The notes under the pieces: model-generated
Seen by the model: the letters and a program-made list of their open reading frames with translations, nothing else
Told to the model about the DNA's origin: nothing
Database searches by the model: none
NCBI GenBank assembly: GCA_051892315.1
Contig: JBJFGC010000489.1
Location: forward strand, 1-27,561
Reading direction: 5' to 3'
DNA from: Eubacteriales bacterium
Lineage (GTDB): Bacteria; Bacillota; Clostridia; Oscillospirales; CAG-272
DNA: 27,561 nucleotides
Translations under genes and position numbers: made by a program
Part shown: positions 16,253 through 24,240 of the stretch, piece after piece
How positions within the stretch are numbered: the stretch's first letter is position 1
How the letters are laid out: every line of letters begins with the position of its first letter

Positions 16253-17239
16253 ATGTTAAAAGTAGCAATGCTTTCAAAGTGGCACGTACATGCCGGCGGC
16301 TACGCCAACTTTGTGAAGAACTGCGGAAAGTGCGAAATCGTCGCCGTGTGGGATGACGATACCGCACGCGGAGAAGCGTGGGCGAAGGAACTGGGATGCG
16401 AATTTGTTCCGTGCCTCGACACCCTTCTGGCGAGAGAGGACGTGGAGGCCGTTGTCTGCGACGCGCCGACCACCGCGCACCATGACATTCTCGTAAAGGC
16501 TGCAAAGGCAGGCAAGCATATCTTCACCGAAAAGGCGCTCTGTCCCACCGTTGCGGAATGTCTTGACGTGAAGGCCGCCGTAGAAGAAGCCGGCGTTACC
16601 TTCGTTATCAGCTATCCGCAGCGCGGCCGTCCGTGCGTTCAGTTCGCAAAGCGCATGATCGAAGAAGGTGCGTTCGGCGACGTGACCCTCGTCCGTACCC
16701 GTGACGCTCACTCGGGCGTTTCCGGCAACTGGCTCCCCGACTACTGGTTTGAAAAGAAGGACGCAGCAGGCGGCGCGATGATGGACCTCGGCTGCCATCC
16801 GATGTACCTTCTCGCATACTTCCTCGGCAAGCCGAAGAGAGTCACCGGAATGTTCACCTCTCCCTATGGCAAGCCCGTGGACGAAAATGCGGTTGCCATC
16901 GCGGAATTTGAGGGCGGTGCGCTCGGCGTTGCCGAAACCGGCTTCGACTCCCATAACTCCCCCCAGACCATCGAAATCTACGGTACCCGCGGCTCCATGA
17001 TCGCTCACGGTGAGGATGTCCAGTTCTCCAGCCAGAAGCTCGACGGCATCGTCGGCGGCTTCATCAAGCCCGATCTCCCGCGCCCGAAGAAGTCCCCTCT
17101 CGAACAGTTCGTTGACGCGGTCATCGAAGGCAAGGGTTCGCCGGAAGGCCTCGGCATCGACGACGCCATCGCCCTGACCGAACTCCTTGAAAACTCCTAC
17201 AAGGGCGACGAAAGCAATTCGATCGTTGGAATCAAATAA
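16253..17239 (+). CDS. Gfo/Idh/MocA family NAD(P)-dependent oxidoreductase
   Basis: GKHIFTEKAL (EKP-type motif), GGAMMDLGCHPMY; ATG 16253 after GGAGG; strongly biased codons. Confidence 0.92.
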   Translation: MLKVAMLSKWHVHAGGYANFVKNCGKCEIVAVWDDDTARGEAWAKELGCEFVPCLDTLLAREDVEAVVCDAPTTAHHDILVKAAKAGKHIFTEKALCPTVAECLDVKAAVEEAGVTFVISYPQRGRPCVQFAKRMIEEGAFGDVTLVRTRDAHSGVSGNWLPDYWFEKKDAAGGAMMDLGCHPMYLLAYFLGKPKRVTGMFTSPYGKPVDENAVAIAEFEGGALGVAETGFDSHNSPQTIEIYGTRGSMIAHGEDVQFSSQKLDGIVGGFIKPDLPRPKKSPLEQFVDAVIEGKGSPEGLGIDDAIALTELLENSYKGDESNSIVGIK

Positions 17240-17288
17240 AGTTTCTTGGGGAGGGTACTTTTTGGAAAAAGTACCCTCCCCAAGGACT
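17238..17288 (+). repeat. Dispersed intergenic palindromic repeat, copy B (perfect 19-bp inverted repeat; may act as terminator)
   Basis: AAAGTTT-CTTGGGGAGGGTACTTTTT-GG-AAAAAGTACCCTCCCCAAG (stem 17245-17263 / 17266-17284). Confidence 0.8.
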
Positions 17289-17304
17289 TATACCTCCATT
17301 TTTT

Positions 17305-18534
17305 ATGATGTTTAAGTTTGTTTTTCTGGCAGTCATGACGCTGAATCTGGCGTATGACCTTGTGATGCGCTGTCTTGCGGTACGGCAGAAGAAAAAACCG
17401 CTGCCGGAGAATGTCCGGGATATTTACGACGAGGCGGAGTATGCGCGGTGGAGAGAATATTCCGCGGAAAAGTCCCGCGCGGGGCTGGTGAGTACCCTCG
17501 CGGATTTTGTTCTCGGCGTGGTTCTCTTTGGAACCAATGTTCTCTCGACGGTCTATGGTGCCATGCCGGGCGGAGCGTACCTCAAATCCATTCTGCTCAT
17601 GCTCCTTTACGCGCTGCTTCTGACGGTGTGGTCTCTCCCGTATGAGTATTACGTCACCATGAAAATCGAAGGAAAGTATGGGTTCAACAAAACGAGCGGA
17701 AAAACCTTTGTCACCGATACCATCAGCAATTTTGTCATCAACCTGCTGGTCAATGTCGTGCTCATGTGCTTCGCCATGTTGATGTACGATCTCATGGGAC
17801 TGTGGTTTTTCGCGGCGGTCTTTGTGCTGGCGGCGGTGGTTTCGCTTGCCGTGTCCATGCTGTCCATGACGTTTATGCGCGTTTTCAACCAGTTTACGCC
17901 CCTTCCGGACGGTCCTCTCCGCGATACGCTGGTCCGGATGTTCCGCGACGCCGGTTATGAGCTGACCGACATCCGTGTCATGGACGCTTCCCGCCGGACG
18001 ACCAAGGTCAACGCGTTCTGTACAGGGCTTGGCCGGTTCAAGAAAATCGCCCTGTACGACAACCTGGTCGAAAACTATACCGAAGACGAAATTGCCGCTG
18101 TTTTCGCGCATGAGCTGGGGCATTTCCGTCACGGCGATACCGCGAAAATGAGCGCGTACAACCTCCTGCGCATGGCGGTTCTGACCGCGCTGATTGCCGC
18201 GTTCGCTGCCGTTCCGCAGATTTCGACGGACTACGGCTTCCCGGACGTCAATTTTGCCTTCGCCATTCTCGCGCTGACCGGCGTGCTCCTGACGCCCGCT
18301 ATGACCCTTCTGAACATTCCGTCTTCCATTCTCGGACGGCGGTACGAATATCGTGCGGACCGGATGGCCGTGGAACTGGGGTACGGCGAAGCGATGGTGT
18401 CGGTTCTCAAAAAGCTCACGCGCGACAACTTCGCCGAGCTGAATCCGCATCCCGTCCTTGTGGCTCTGGAGCATAGTCACCCGACGGTCGGACAGCGGAT
18501 TGACGCCATACGGAACGCGGAGGAAACAAAATGA
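17305..18534 (+). CDS. M48 family (Ste24/HtpX-like) membrane zinc metallopeptidase
   Basis: Multiple hydrophobic segments, VMDASRRTTKVNAFCTG, FAHELGH (HExxH), RRYEYRAD, HSHPTVGQRI. Confidence 0.92.
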   Translation: MMFKFVFLAVMTLNLAYDLVMRCLAVRQKKKPLPENVRDIYDEAEYARWREYSAEKSRAGLVSTLADFVLGVVLFGTNVLSTVYGAMPGGAYLKSILLMLLYALLLTVWSLPYEYYVTMKIEGKYGFNKTSGKTFVTDTISNFVINLLVNVVLMCFAMLMYDLMGLWFFAAVFVLAAVVSLAVSMLSMTFMRVFNQFTPLPDGPLRDTLVRMFRDAGYELTDIRVMDASRRTTKVNAFCTGLGRFKKIALYDNLVENYTEDEIAAVFAHELGHFRHGDTAKMSAYNLLRMAVLTALIAAFAAVPQISTDYGFPDVNFAFAILALTGVLLTPAMTLLNIPSSILGRRYEYRADRMAVELGYGEAMVSVLKKLTRDNFAELNPHPVLVALEHSHPTVGQRIDAIRNAEETK

Positions 18535-19049
18535 TTTTTGAAAAATACCTTCTTCCGGACGAAATGACCGAACGGTTTGAGCTTGTCACACCGGAACACC
18601 TGACCGCGCTCGGAAAAAAGTATATCTTCTGCGACATCGACAATACCCTTGCAACGTACGACGACCCGACGCCGCCGGAAAACGTGGTGAAGTGGTGCCG
18701 GAACATGAACGAAAAGGGCGTGACCGTCGCGTTTGTCTCGAATAACGACGAGGCGAGGGTGTCCCTGTTCAATCAGAATTTCGGCTACGTCGCCTACGCG
18801 AAGGCGCGCAAGCCGGCGACCCGAAAGCTGAAGGCCGCCATGCGCGACCTGGGGGCCGTTCCGGACAACGCGGTTCTGCTCGGCGACCAGCTGCTGACCG
18901 ACGCCGCTGCCGCGAAGTCTGCGGGACTGTACTGCATCATTGTGCCGCCGATTCGGGATAAGCGAAATCTGTTCTTCCGTTTCAAGCGGTGGCTGGAAAA
19001 ACCGTATGTGAAAAAGTACCGGCGAATCCACGGAGACGACAGAAATTAA
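18531..19049 (+). CDS. yqeG: YqeG family HAD-IIIA phosphatase
   Basis: FCDIDNTL motif I, VSNN motif II, ARKP, LGDQLLTD motif IV; ATGA overlap with the upstream gene. Confidence 0.88.
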   Translation: MIFEKYLLPDEMTERFELVTPEHLTALGKKYIFCDIDNTLATYDDPTPPENVVKWCRNMNEKGVTVAFVSNNDEARVSLFNQNFGYVAYAKARKPATRKLKAAMRDLGAVPDNAVLLGDQLLTDAAAAKSAGLYCIIVPPIRDKRNLFFRFKRWLEKPYVKKYRRIHGDDRN

Positions 19050-19055
19050 ACGACA

Positions 19056-19105
19056 TGAGTTCGACGGGGAGGGCTTTTTCGGGGAAGTCCTCTCCATCGA
19101 ACTCA
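19056..19105 (+). repeat. Dispersed intergenic palindromic repeat, copy C (may act as terminator)
   Basis: TGAGTTCGACGGGGAGGGCTTTTT-CGG-GGAAGTCCTCTCCATCGAACTCA imperfect hairpin. Confidence 0.65.
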
Positions 19106-19141
19106 CGTTAAAAATTATAAGAAGACACGGAGATCTGAGCG

Positions 19142-19666
19142 ATGAAACGCCTGCTTTGTATGCTTATGGGGATCGCTGTGCTGCTTCTTTTCAACGGCTG
19201 CGGCGGACGTTCGACGCCCGATGGGGTACCGGAGGATTTTGCGGTTTACTATGCAGACTGGGTTTTGCCGGAACAGAAGAATATTTTCGATACCTACGAG
19301 GGTTATATCCAGAAAGATCTCATCCGGAACGGTATCGCAAAGACGGAGTATATGCCGTCGGACGAGGTAATCACTGCGATTTATGACAAAATCGTGGAGC
19401 TTAAACTGTACGAGATACCGGAAGACGTGCGTGCGGAGGAAGAACGGATCCAGCCGATGACTTATTTTGAGGTACGCTTCACGATGAACGGAAAAACCTG
19501 CGGAATTCTCGCGGATGCGACGATTGCGCATAATGACGGGCTGAACGAAAAGGTCGGACCGGAGGAAGCGGAAAGAGTGAATGAATTTTGCAGGTTTATG
19601 AAGGAACTGATGATCGAAACGGAAGAATATCAGTCCTTCCCCGAGCGGGAAGGCGGTTACATGTAA
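19142..19666 (+). CDS. Hypothetical lipoprotein
   Basis: MKRLLCMLMGIAVLLLFNGC lipobox; 174 aa, acidic mature part. Confidence 0.75.
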   Translation: MKRLLCMLMGIAVLLLFNGCGGRSTPDGVPEDFAVYYADWVLPEQKNIFDTYEGYIQKDLIRNGIAKTEYMPSDEVITAIYDKIVELKLYEIPEDVRAEEERIQPMTYFEVRFTMNGKTCGILADATIAHNDGLNEKVGPEEAERVNEFCRFMKELMIETEEYQSFPEREGGYM

Positions 19667-19675
19667 AAACAATAA

Positions 19676-19702
19676 CGGCGGTTGGTTTGATACCAGCCGC
19701 CG
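19676..19702. terminator. Bidirectional terminator
   Basis: CGGCGGTTGGT / ACCAGCCGCCG 11-bp stem (one G-U pair) between convergent genes. Confidence 0.75.
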
Positions 19703-19717
19703 CTGTATTTTGTCCGC

Positions 19718-20794
19718 TCAGACCTCGATGAGCTCTTTCGGGCAGTTTGTGAGATTCTTTTTTCCGCCGGGCGTTACGAGAACCATGTCCTCAATCCGGC
19801 AGCCGTATTTGCCTTCGATGTAGATCCCCGGCTCAACCGTTACAATCTGACCGGCCTTCAGGGTCGTGTCGCCCATGCCGCCGGAAAGACCGGGCTGCTC
19901 GTGAATTTCCAGACCGACGCCGTGGCCGAGCGAGTGGCCGAAGCAGCCTGCGTAGCCCGCGCCGTCAATGATGTCGCGCGCCACCTTGTCCATGTCCGCG
20001 TTCTTTGCCCCCTCCGTGATTGCGTCAATGGCCGCCAGCTGCGCCTGCAGAACCGTGTTGTACAGCTTCCGCATATCCTCGTCCGCCTTGCCGATGACAA
20101 TGGTACGGGTCATGTCGGAGTGATATCCCTTCACCATCGCGCCGTAGTCCATGGTGAGGAATCCCTGTTCCAGCTTCACCGGACGCGGCACTCCGTGCGG
20201 ACGCGACGATGCCGTACCGGAAACGCAGATTGTGTCAAACGACGGCTTCTCGCTGCCGTTTTTCTTCATGTAATATTCCAGCTCCGCTGCGACCTCTGTC
20301 TCGGTCATGTCGTGGGTGATGACCTTGAGAATGTGCTCGAACGCTCCCTCGGCAATGTGCTGTGCCGCGAGAATGTTCTCGACCTCATCGTCCGTCTTGT
20401 ACGAACGGATTTCGGTGAAAATCCCGCCGACCGGGCAGAATTCCACTCCCATGCCGTCCAGCGTCTTCTTCAGACCGGCCAGCGCCGCGCAGGTCATCCG
20501 GCGGTCTTCGTAGCCGATGGTCTTTACCCCGCCGTCGCGGACGATTTCGTTCAGCGTCGGCTTGCCCGGCAGACAAACCTCAAAGCCGGTATATGCTTCT
20601 GCGCGCGCCGCCTCGATGTAGCGGAAATCCGCAAAAACATATGCTTTCTCCTTTGTGATGACCAGATGCCCGTCCGGATTGTCAAAGCCGGACATGTAAA
20701 GGTGGTTTTCCGCCGAATTTACGTAGATGGCGTCCAGACCAAGCTCCGTCAGCTTCCCGCGCAGCGCGTTCAGCCGTGCTTCCATTGCGTTCAT
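19718..20794 (-). CDS. Xaa-Pro aminopeptidase/dipeptidase (M24B family)
   Basis: Creatinase-like N-domain; MDYGAMVKGYHSDMTRT, HSLGHGVGLEIHE, TVEPGIY, RIEDMV; GAGGAG SD. Confidence 0.95.
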   Translation of the reverse strand: MNAMEARLNALRGKLTELGLDAIYVNSAENHLYMSGFDNPDGHLVITKEKAYVFADFRYIEAARAEAYTGFEVCLPGKPTLNEIVRDGGVKTIGYEDRRMTCAALAGLKKTLDGMGVEFCPVGGIFTEIRSYKTDDEVENILAAQHIAEGAFEHILKVITHDMTETEVAAELEYYMKKNGSEKPSFDTICVSGTASSRPHGVPRPVKLEQGFLTMDYGAMVKGYHSDMTRTIVIGKADEDMRKLYNTVLQAQLAAIDAITEGAKNADMDKVARDIIDGAGYAGCFGHSLGHGVGLEIHEQPGLSGGMGDTTLKAGQIVTVEPGIYIEGKYGCRIEDMVLVTPGGKKNLTNCPKELIEV

Positions 20795-20950
20795 AACCTT
20801 CGCTCCTCTGTTTTTTAGATTTTACTTTTGTACAATATATGGGCAGAAAAATATACGGGATCTTCCTTGAAGGAAGAAAGAGCAAAACCGCTCCTCCCTA
20901 TCCCGTAATTCTGCATACGTCTTACAGGAGAACCTGTAAGACGATTTTTC

Positions 20951-21024
20951 TGGAAACATTGGGGCTCGAACCCAAGACCTCTCGGATGTGAACCGAACGC
21001 TCTGACCAACTGAGCTATGCTTCC
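20951..21024 (-). tRNA. tRNA-Val (anticodon CAC), CCA not encoded
   Basis: GGAAGCA TAGCTCAGTTGGTCAGAGCG TTCGG-TTCACAT-CCGAG AGGTC TTGGGTTCGAGCCCCAA TGTTTCC A; full cloverleaf. Confidence 0.97.
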
Positions 21025-21040
21025 ATCTTTCTGCCCCTCT

Positions 21041-21069
21041 ATTATAGCACGGTTCTTTTGATTTGTCCA
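21041..21069 (-). promoter_or_regulatory. Promoter for tRNA-Val
   Basis: Minus strand TGGACA (21069-21064), 17 bp, TATAAT (21046-21041). Confidence 0.75.
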
Positions 21070-21291
21070 TAGAATTTTCAGAATTTCAGAAAAAAATTTT
21101 CCTTTCTCTGCCCGGGAATTGTAAAAAGTCAGTGAAAAATCGGAGAATTCTCGGGTCAACCACTTGTTTTCGGCGGATATCGTTGTATAATATAAGGGAA
21201 AGAACTCTTTCAACGGAGCATCCGGCGCCGCAAGGCCTGTATTTTGCCGCGCCGGTCTCCCATTTTATCCCGAAATCCGCATGAGGTACCC

Positions 21292-22377
21292 ATGAAGTTA
21301 TCCGATCAAATAAAAAATGCGCTCGGCCATTCGTCCGCGGAACGAGAAGACGTCGAGGATGAGCTATCCATTGACGAACCGTCGGAGGAGGATTTCCGAA
21401 ACGGTGCGTTTCTCAATTCCCTTGATGAGCTGAACGAGAGTGACATCAAGCTGAATGAGGCTGCCGAACGCGCCGCCAAGACATCCCCGCTGGAAATTCT
21501 GCGGCGGATTGTGTTTTTGGTCTGCCTGACCGTGTTTGTGGCAAGCTGTGCGCTCCTGATTCAGAATCTTATCGGCAAGCAGCGCGGCGAGAAAATTTAC
21601 AGCCGTCTCGAGGAGGAATTTTTCTCCACCGGCTTTTCCATGGATCTGTCCAGCGCGTTCCGGCCCGACGAAGGAGAAGTGAAATACCTGACCGCCGACC
21701 GGGAATCGCCGTCGCTGTCCGACATGACTTCCATCCGGAACGGAATGGAGGCGCAGAGCGCGGAGGAACCCGCCGCCGAAAAGAAGGAATACAACGAGGA
21801 GCTGGAAAAAATGCGTGCCGGTCTTGCCTCGCTCGCGCAGATTAACCCGGACATTTACGGCTGGATTACCATCGAGGGGACGGAAATCAATTATCCGCTC
21901 GTACAGGGGGAGGACAACGATTACTACCTCGACCACGCCTATACGGGGGATTTTCTGCCCGTTGGCTCGATTTTCGTTGATTTCCGCTGCGACGAATCCA
22001 TCACGCGCAACTTCAACACGGTCATTTACGGCCACAACATCACCACCGGCTCCATGTTCCATGACGTGACGAAATTCTTCAAGGACGACTATTTCAACGG
22101 TACGTATATCTACATTTACACACCGGACGGCGTCTTTGTATACGAGCCGTTCTCGATTTATGAAACCCGCTACGACTACAATTATTTCCGCACCGGCTTT
22201 ACTTCCGCGGAGGACTTTATCGCGTTTGCCGAGGAGCTGCGTGATAATTCCGCCAAGGAAAAGGACGTCACCTTTAATAAGAACGACCGCATTCTCACCC
22301 TTTCGACCTGTACCAACGGCGCGTATTACGCGCGCTACGCTCTACACGCGAAGCTGGTGAAAACGATTCTGGACTGA
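21292..22377 (+). CDS. srtB: Class B sortase with long acidic N-terminal extension
   Basis: TM anchor, INPDIYGWITIEGTEINYPLVQGEDNDYYL, NTVIYGHN, LTLSTC, RYALHAKL; GAGGT SD. Confidence 0.9.
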   Translation: MKLSDQIKNALGHSSAEREDVEDELSIDEPSEEDFRNGAFLNSLDELNESDIKLNEAAERAAKTSPLEILRRIVFLVCLTVFVASCALLIQNLIGKQRGEKIYSRLEEEFFSTGFSMDLSSAFRPDEGEVKYLTADRESPSLSDMTSIRNGMEAQSAEEPAAEKKEYNEELEKMRAGLASLAQINPDIYGWITIEGTEINYPLVQGEDNDYYLDHAYTGDFLPVGSIFVDFRCDESITRNFNTVIYGHNITTGSMFHDVTKFFKDDYFNGTYIYIYTPDGVFVYEPFSIYETRYDYNYFRTGFTSAEDFIAFAEELRDNSAKEKDVTFNKNDRILTLSTCTNGAYYARYALHAKLVKTILD

Positions 22378-22398
22378 CGAACAAAGGGGGAGCATGCC

Positions 22399-23292
22399 AT
22401 GACAAACGTTTTGAATCTTCTGGTATGTCCGGTCTGCGGCGCCGCGCTGATCCGCCGGGAGCGAAGCCTCTGCTGTACCGCCGGACACACGTTTGACCTT
22501 GCGAAATGCGGCTACGTCAACCTTCTGCCGCCGGGAAAGGAAAAAAACGCCCGCACCGGCGATGAACGCGAGATGGTGCGGGCAAGAGAAGCCTTTCTCT
22601 CCCTCGGCTGCTACGACCGCATCACAGATCGCCTCGCCGAGCTTATCGCCGCGCATGCCGCGGAATCGTCTCTTACGGTGTGCGATATGGGCTCTGGAGA
22701 GGGTTACCATACCTGCCGCCTGACCGGCCGTCTCGCGGCACAAACCGGCGGGGAAGTTCTTGCCGTTGGCTTTGATGCGTCCAAATACGCGGCGGAGAGG
22801 GCCTGTAAGCGTGCCGTGCGCAGCGGACTGATGCCCGCAGACGGCGTCGGCGCGGCGTTTGACGCAGGGACGGCCGCGTATTTTCTGCCGGGGAATCTGT
22901 TCCGTCTTCCCGTTGCCGACCATTGTATGAACACCGCCGTGAGTCTGTTTGCACCGGTCGCCGGCGCCGAAGCGAAGCGCGTTCTGACAAAGAACGGCAT
23001 TCTGGCGGTTGTTTCGTCAGGGGCCGGCCACCTTATGGAAATGCGCCGCCTGCTTTACGACGACGTTCACGTGTCCGGGGAACTTCCCGCCGTACCGGAC
23101 GGTTTTTCCGAATGGTCCCGCGAGCGGCTCACGTACTCGGTTACGCTTACGCATACGGACGAGCTGCTCGCGCTTTTTACCATGACGCCGTTTTACTACA
23201 AAACCACGGAGGCCGGACGGGCGCGTCTGGCCGCGTGCCCGATGCCTTTTTCGCTGACCGTGGAGGTCAACTATTCCATTTTTGGAGCGTGA
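22399..23292 (+). CDS. RlmA-like 23S rRNA (guanine-N1) methyltransferase
   Basis: Zn motif CPVCG...C..GHTFD..K.GYVNLL, DMGSGEGYH SAM motif, HLMEMRRLLY, LFTMTPFYY. Confidence 0.85.
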   Translation: MTNVLNLLVCPVCGAALIRRERSLCCTAGHTFDLAKCGYVNLLPPGKEKNARTGDEREMVRAREAFLSLGCYDRITDRLAELIAAHAAESSLTVCDMGSGEGYHTCRLTGRLAAQTGGEVLAVGFDASKYAAERACKRAVRSGLMPADGVGAAFDAGTAAYFLPGNLFRLPVADHCMNTAVSLFAPVAGAEAKRVLTKNGILAVVSSGAGHLMEMRRLLYDDVHVSGELPAVPDGFSEWSRERLTYSVTLTHTDELLALFTMTPFYYKTTEAGRARLAACPMPFSLTVEVNYSIFGA

Positions 23293-23296
23293 TGTT

Positions 23297-24031
23297 ATGG
23301 ATCTGTCCATTGTTCTTCCTATGTACAACGAGCGTTCCATCGCCGCCTCCTGCGTCCGTACCCTCGCGGAGACAATGGAGCGCCCCGAGGGTCCGGCGTG
23401 GTACGAGCTTCTCTTTTCCGATGACGGTTCGACGGACGGCTGTGGTGCCGTGGTCGAGCAGACCGCGCGGGAGCTGTCCCTGACGCGCGGAGAGATTCGT
23501 GTGATTCGCTCGGAGGAAAACCGGGGGAAGGGACACGCCGTCCGTCTTGGAATGATGGCCGCGCGTGGGGAGATCTGCGCCTTCACGGACTGCGACCTCG
23601 CGTACGGGACGGAGGTTCTTTGGAAAATGGCGGAGCACATGGCAGAGCCGTCGTTTTCCGCGGATGTTCTCATCGGTTCCCGCGCGATCGCAGTGGACGG
23701 TTACGCGGGCTACACGCCCCTGCGCCGTCTGGCATCCCGTGCGTACGTGCGGTTGCTGGCGTGTTCGGCCGGATTCTGCTATACGGACTCCCAGTGCGGC
23801 ATCAAACTGTTCCGTGCGGACGCCGCGCGAAGCATTTTCTCGCTGGCTGAGGTGGACGGCTGGGCCTTTGACTTTGAAGCCCTTCTGCTTGCCGAAAAGC
23901 TGGGTTATTCCATCGCAGAGTACCCCGTGACGGTGCTCAATCACCGCGAATCCAAAATCCGCCTTCTGCGCGACAGTCTGCAAATGGCCTCCGATGTCCG
24001 CCGCATCCGCCGCAGGGTGGATGCTTTGTGA
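23297..24031 (+). CDS. Glycosyltransferase family 2, polyprenyl/dolichyl-phosphate glycosyltransferase-like
   Basis: SIVLPMYNE, SDDGSTDG, NRGKGHAVRLG, FTDCDLAY, DSQCGIKLF, WAFDFEAL. Confidence 0.9.
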   Translation: MDLSIVLPMYNERSIAASCVRTLAETMERPEGPAWYELLFSDDGSTDGCGAVVEQTARELSLTRGEIRVIRSEENRGKGHAVRLGMMAARGEICAFTDCDLAYGTEVLWKMAEHMAEPSFSADVLIGSRAIAVDGYAGYTPLRRLASRAYVRLLACSAGFCYTDSQCGIKLFRADAARSIFSLAEVDGWAFDFEALLLAEKLGYSIAEYPVTVLNHRESKIRLLRDSLQMASDVRRIRRRVDAL

Positions 24032-24163
24032 AGGGAGCAATGCCATCGACTGCGGAACAAAGCCGGGTGCAAATCGTAGGACTTGCACCTGATTTTGTTT
24101 TTTGGATCAAGTACAATGCAGCGCATACGCATGGTTCGGCCTTTGTGCCGGTTGGCCCGGATG

Positions 24164-24228
24164 AAAAGTTTTGGAGGGCAGGGCGGTCATCTCCGGGGAG
24201 AGAACCTTTTCAAAGAGTACCCTCCCCG
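24164..24228 (+). repeat. Dispersed intergenic palindromic repeat, copy D
   Basis: AAAAGTTTTGGAGGG...CGGGGAGAGAACCTTTT-C-AAAGAGTACCCTCCCCG between convergent genes. Confidence 0.65.
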
Positions 24229-24240
24229 CGAACATTTCCC

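Noticed and set aside
17197-18480. 427-aa minus-strand ORF (and similar shadows at 9912-11276, 6286-7647, 25538-26701, 19901-20818)
   Set aside because: Antisense to well-supported genes; no recognisable domains.
20860-21300. Genomic island at tRNA-Val
   Set aside because: No integrase, no repeated tRNA 3' end, and flanking genes look like ordinary chromosomal genes.
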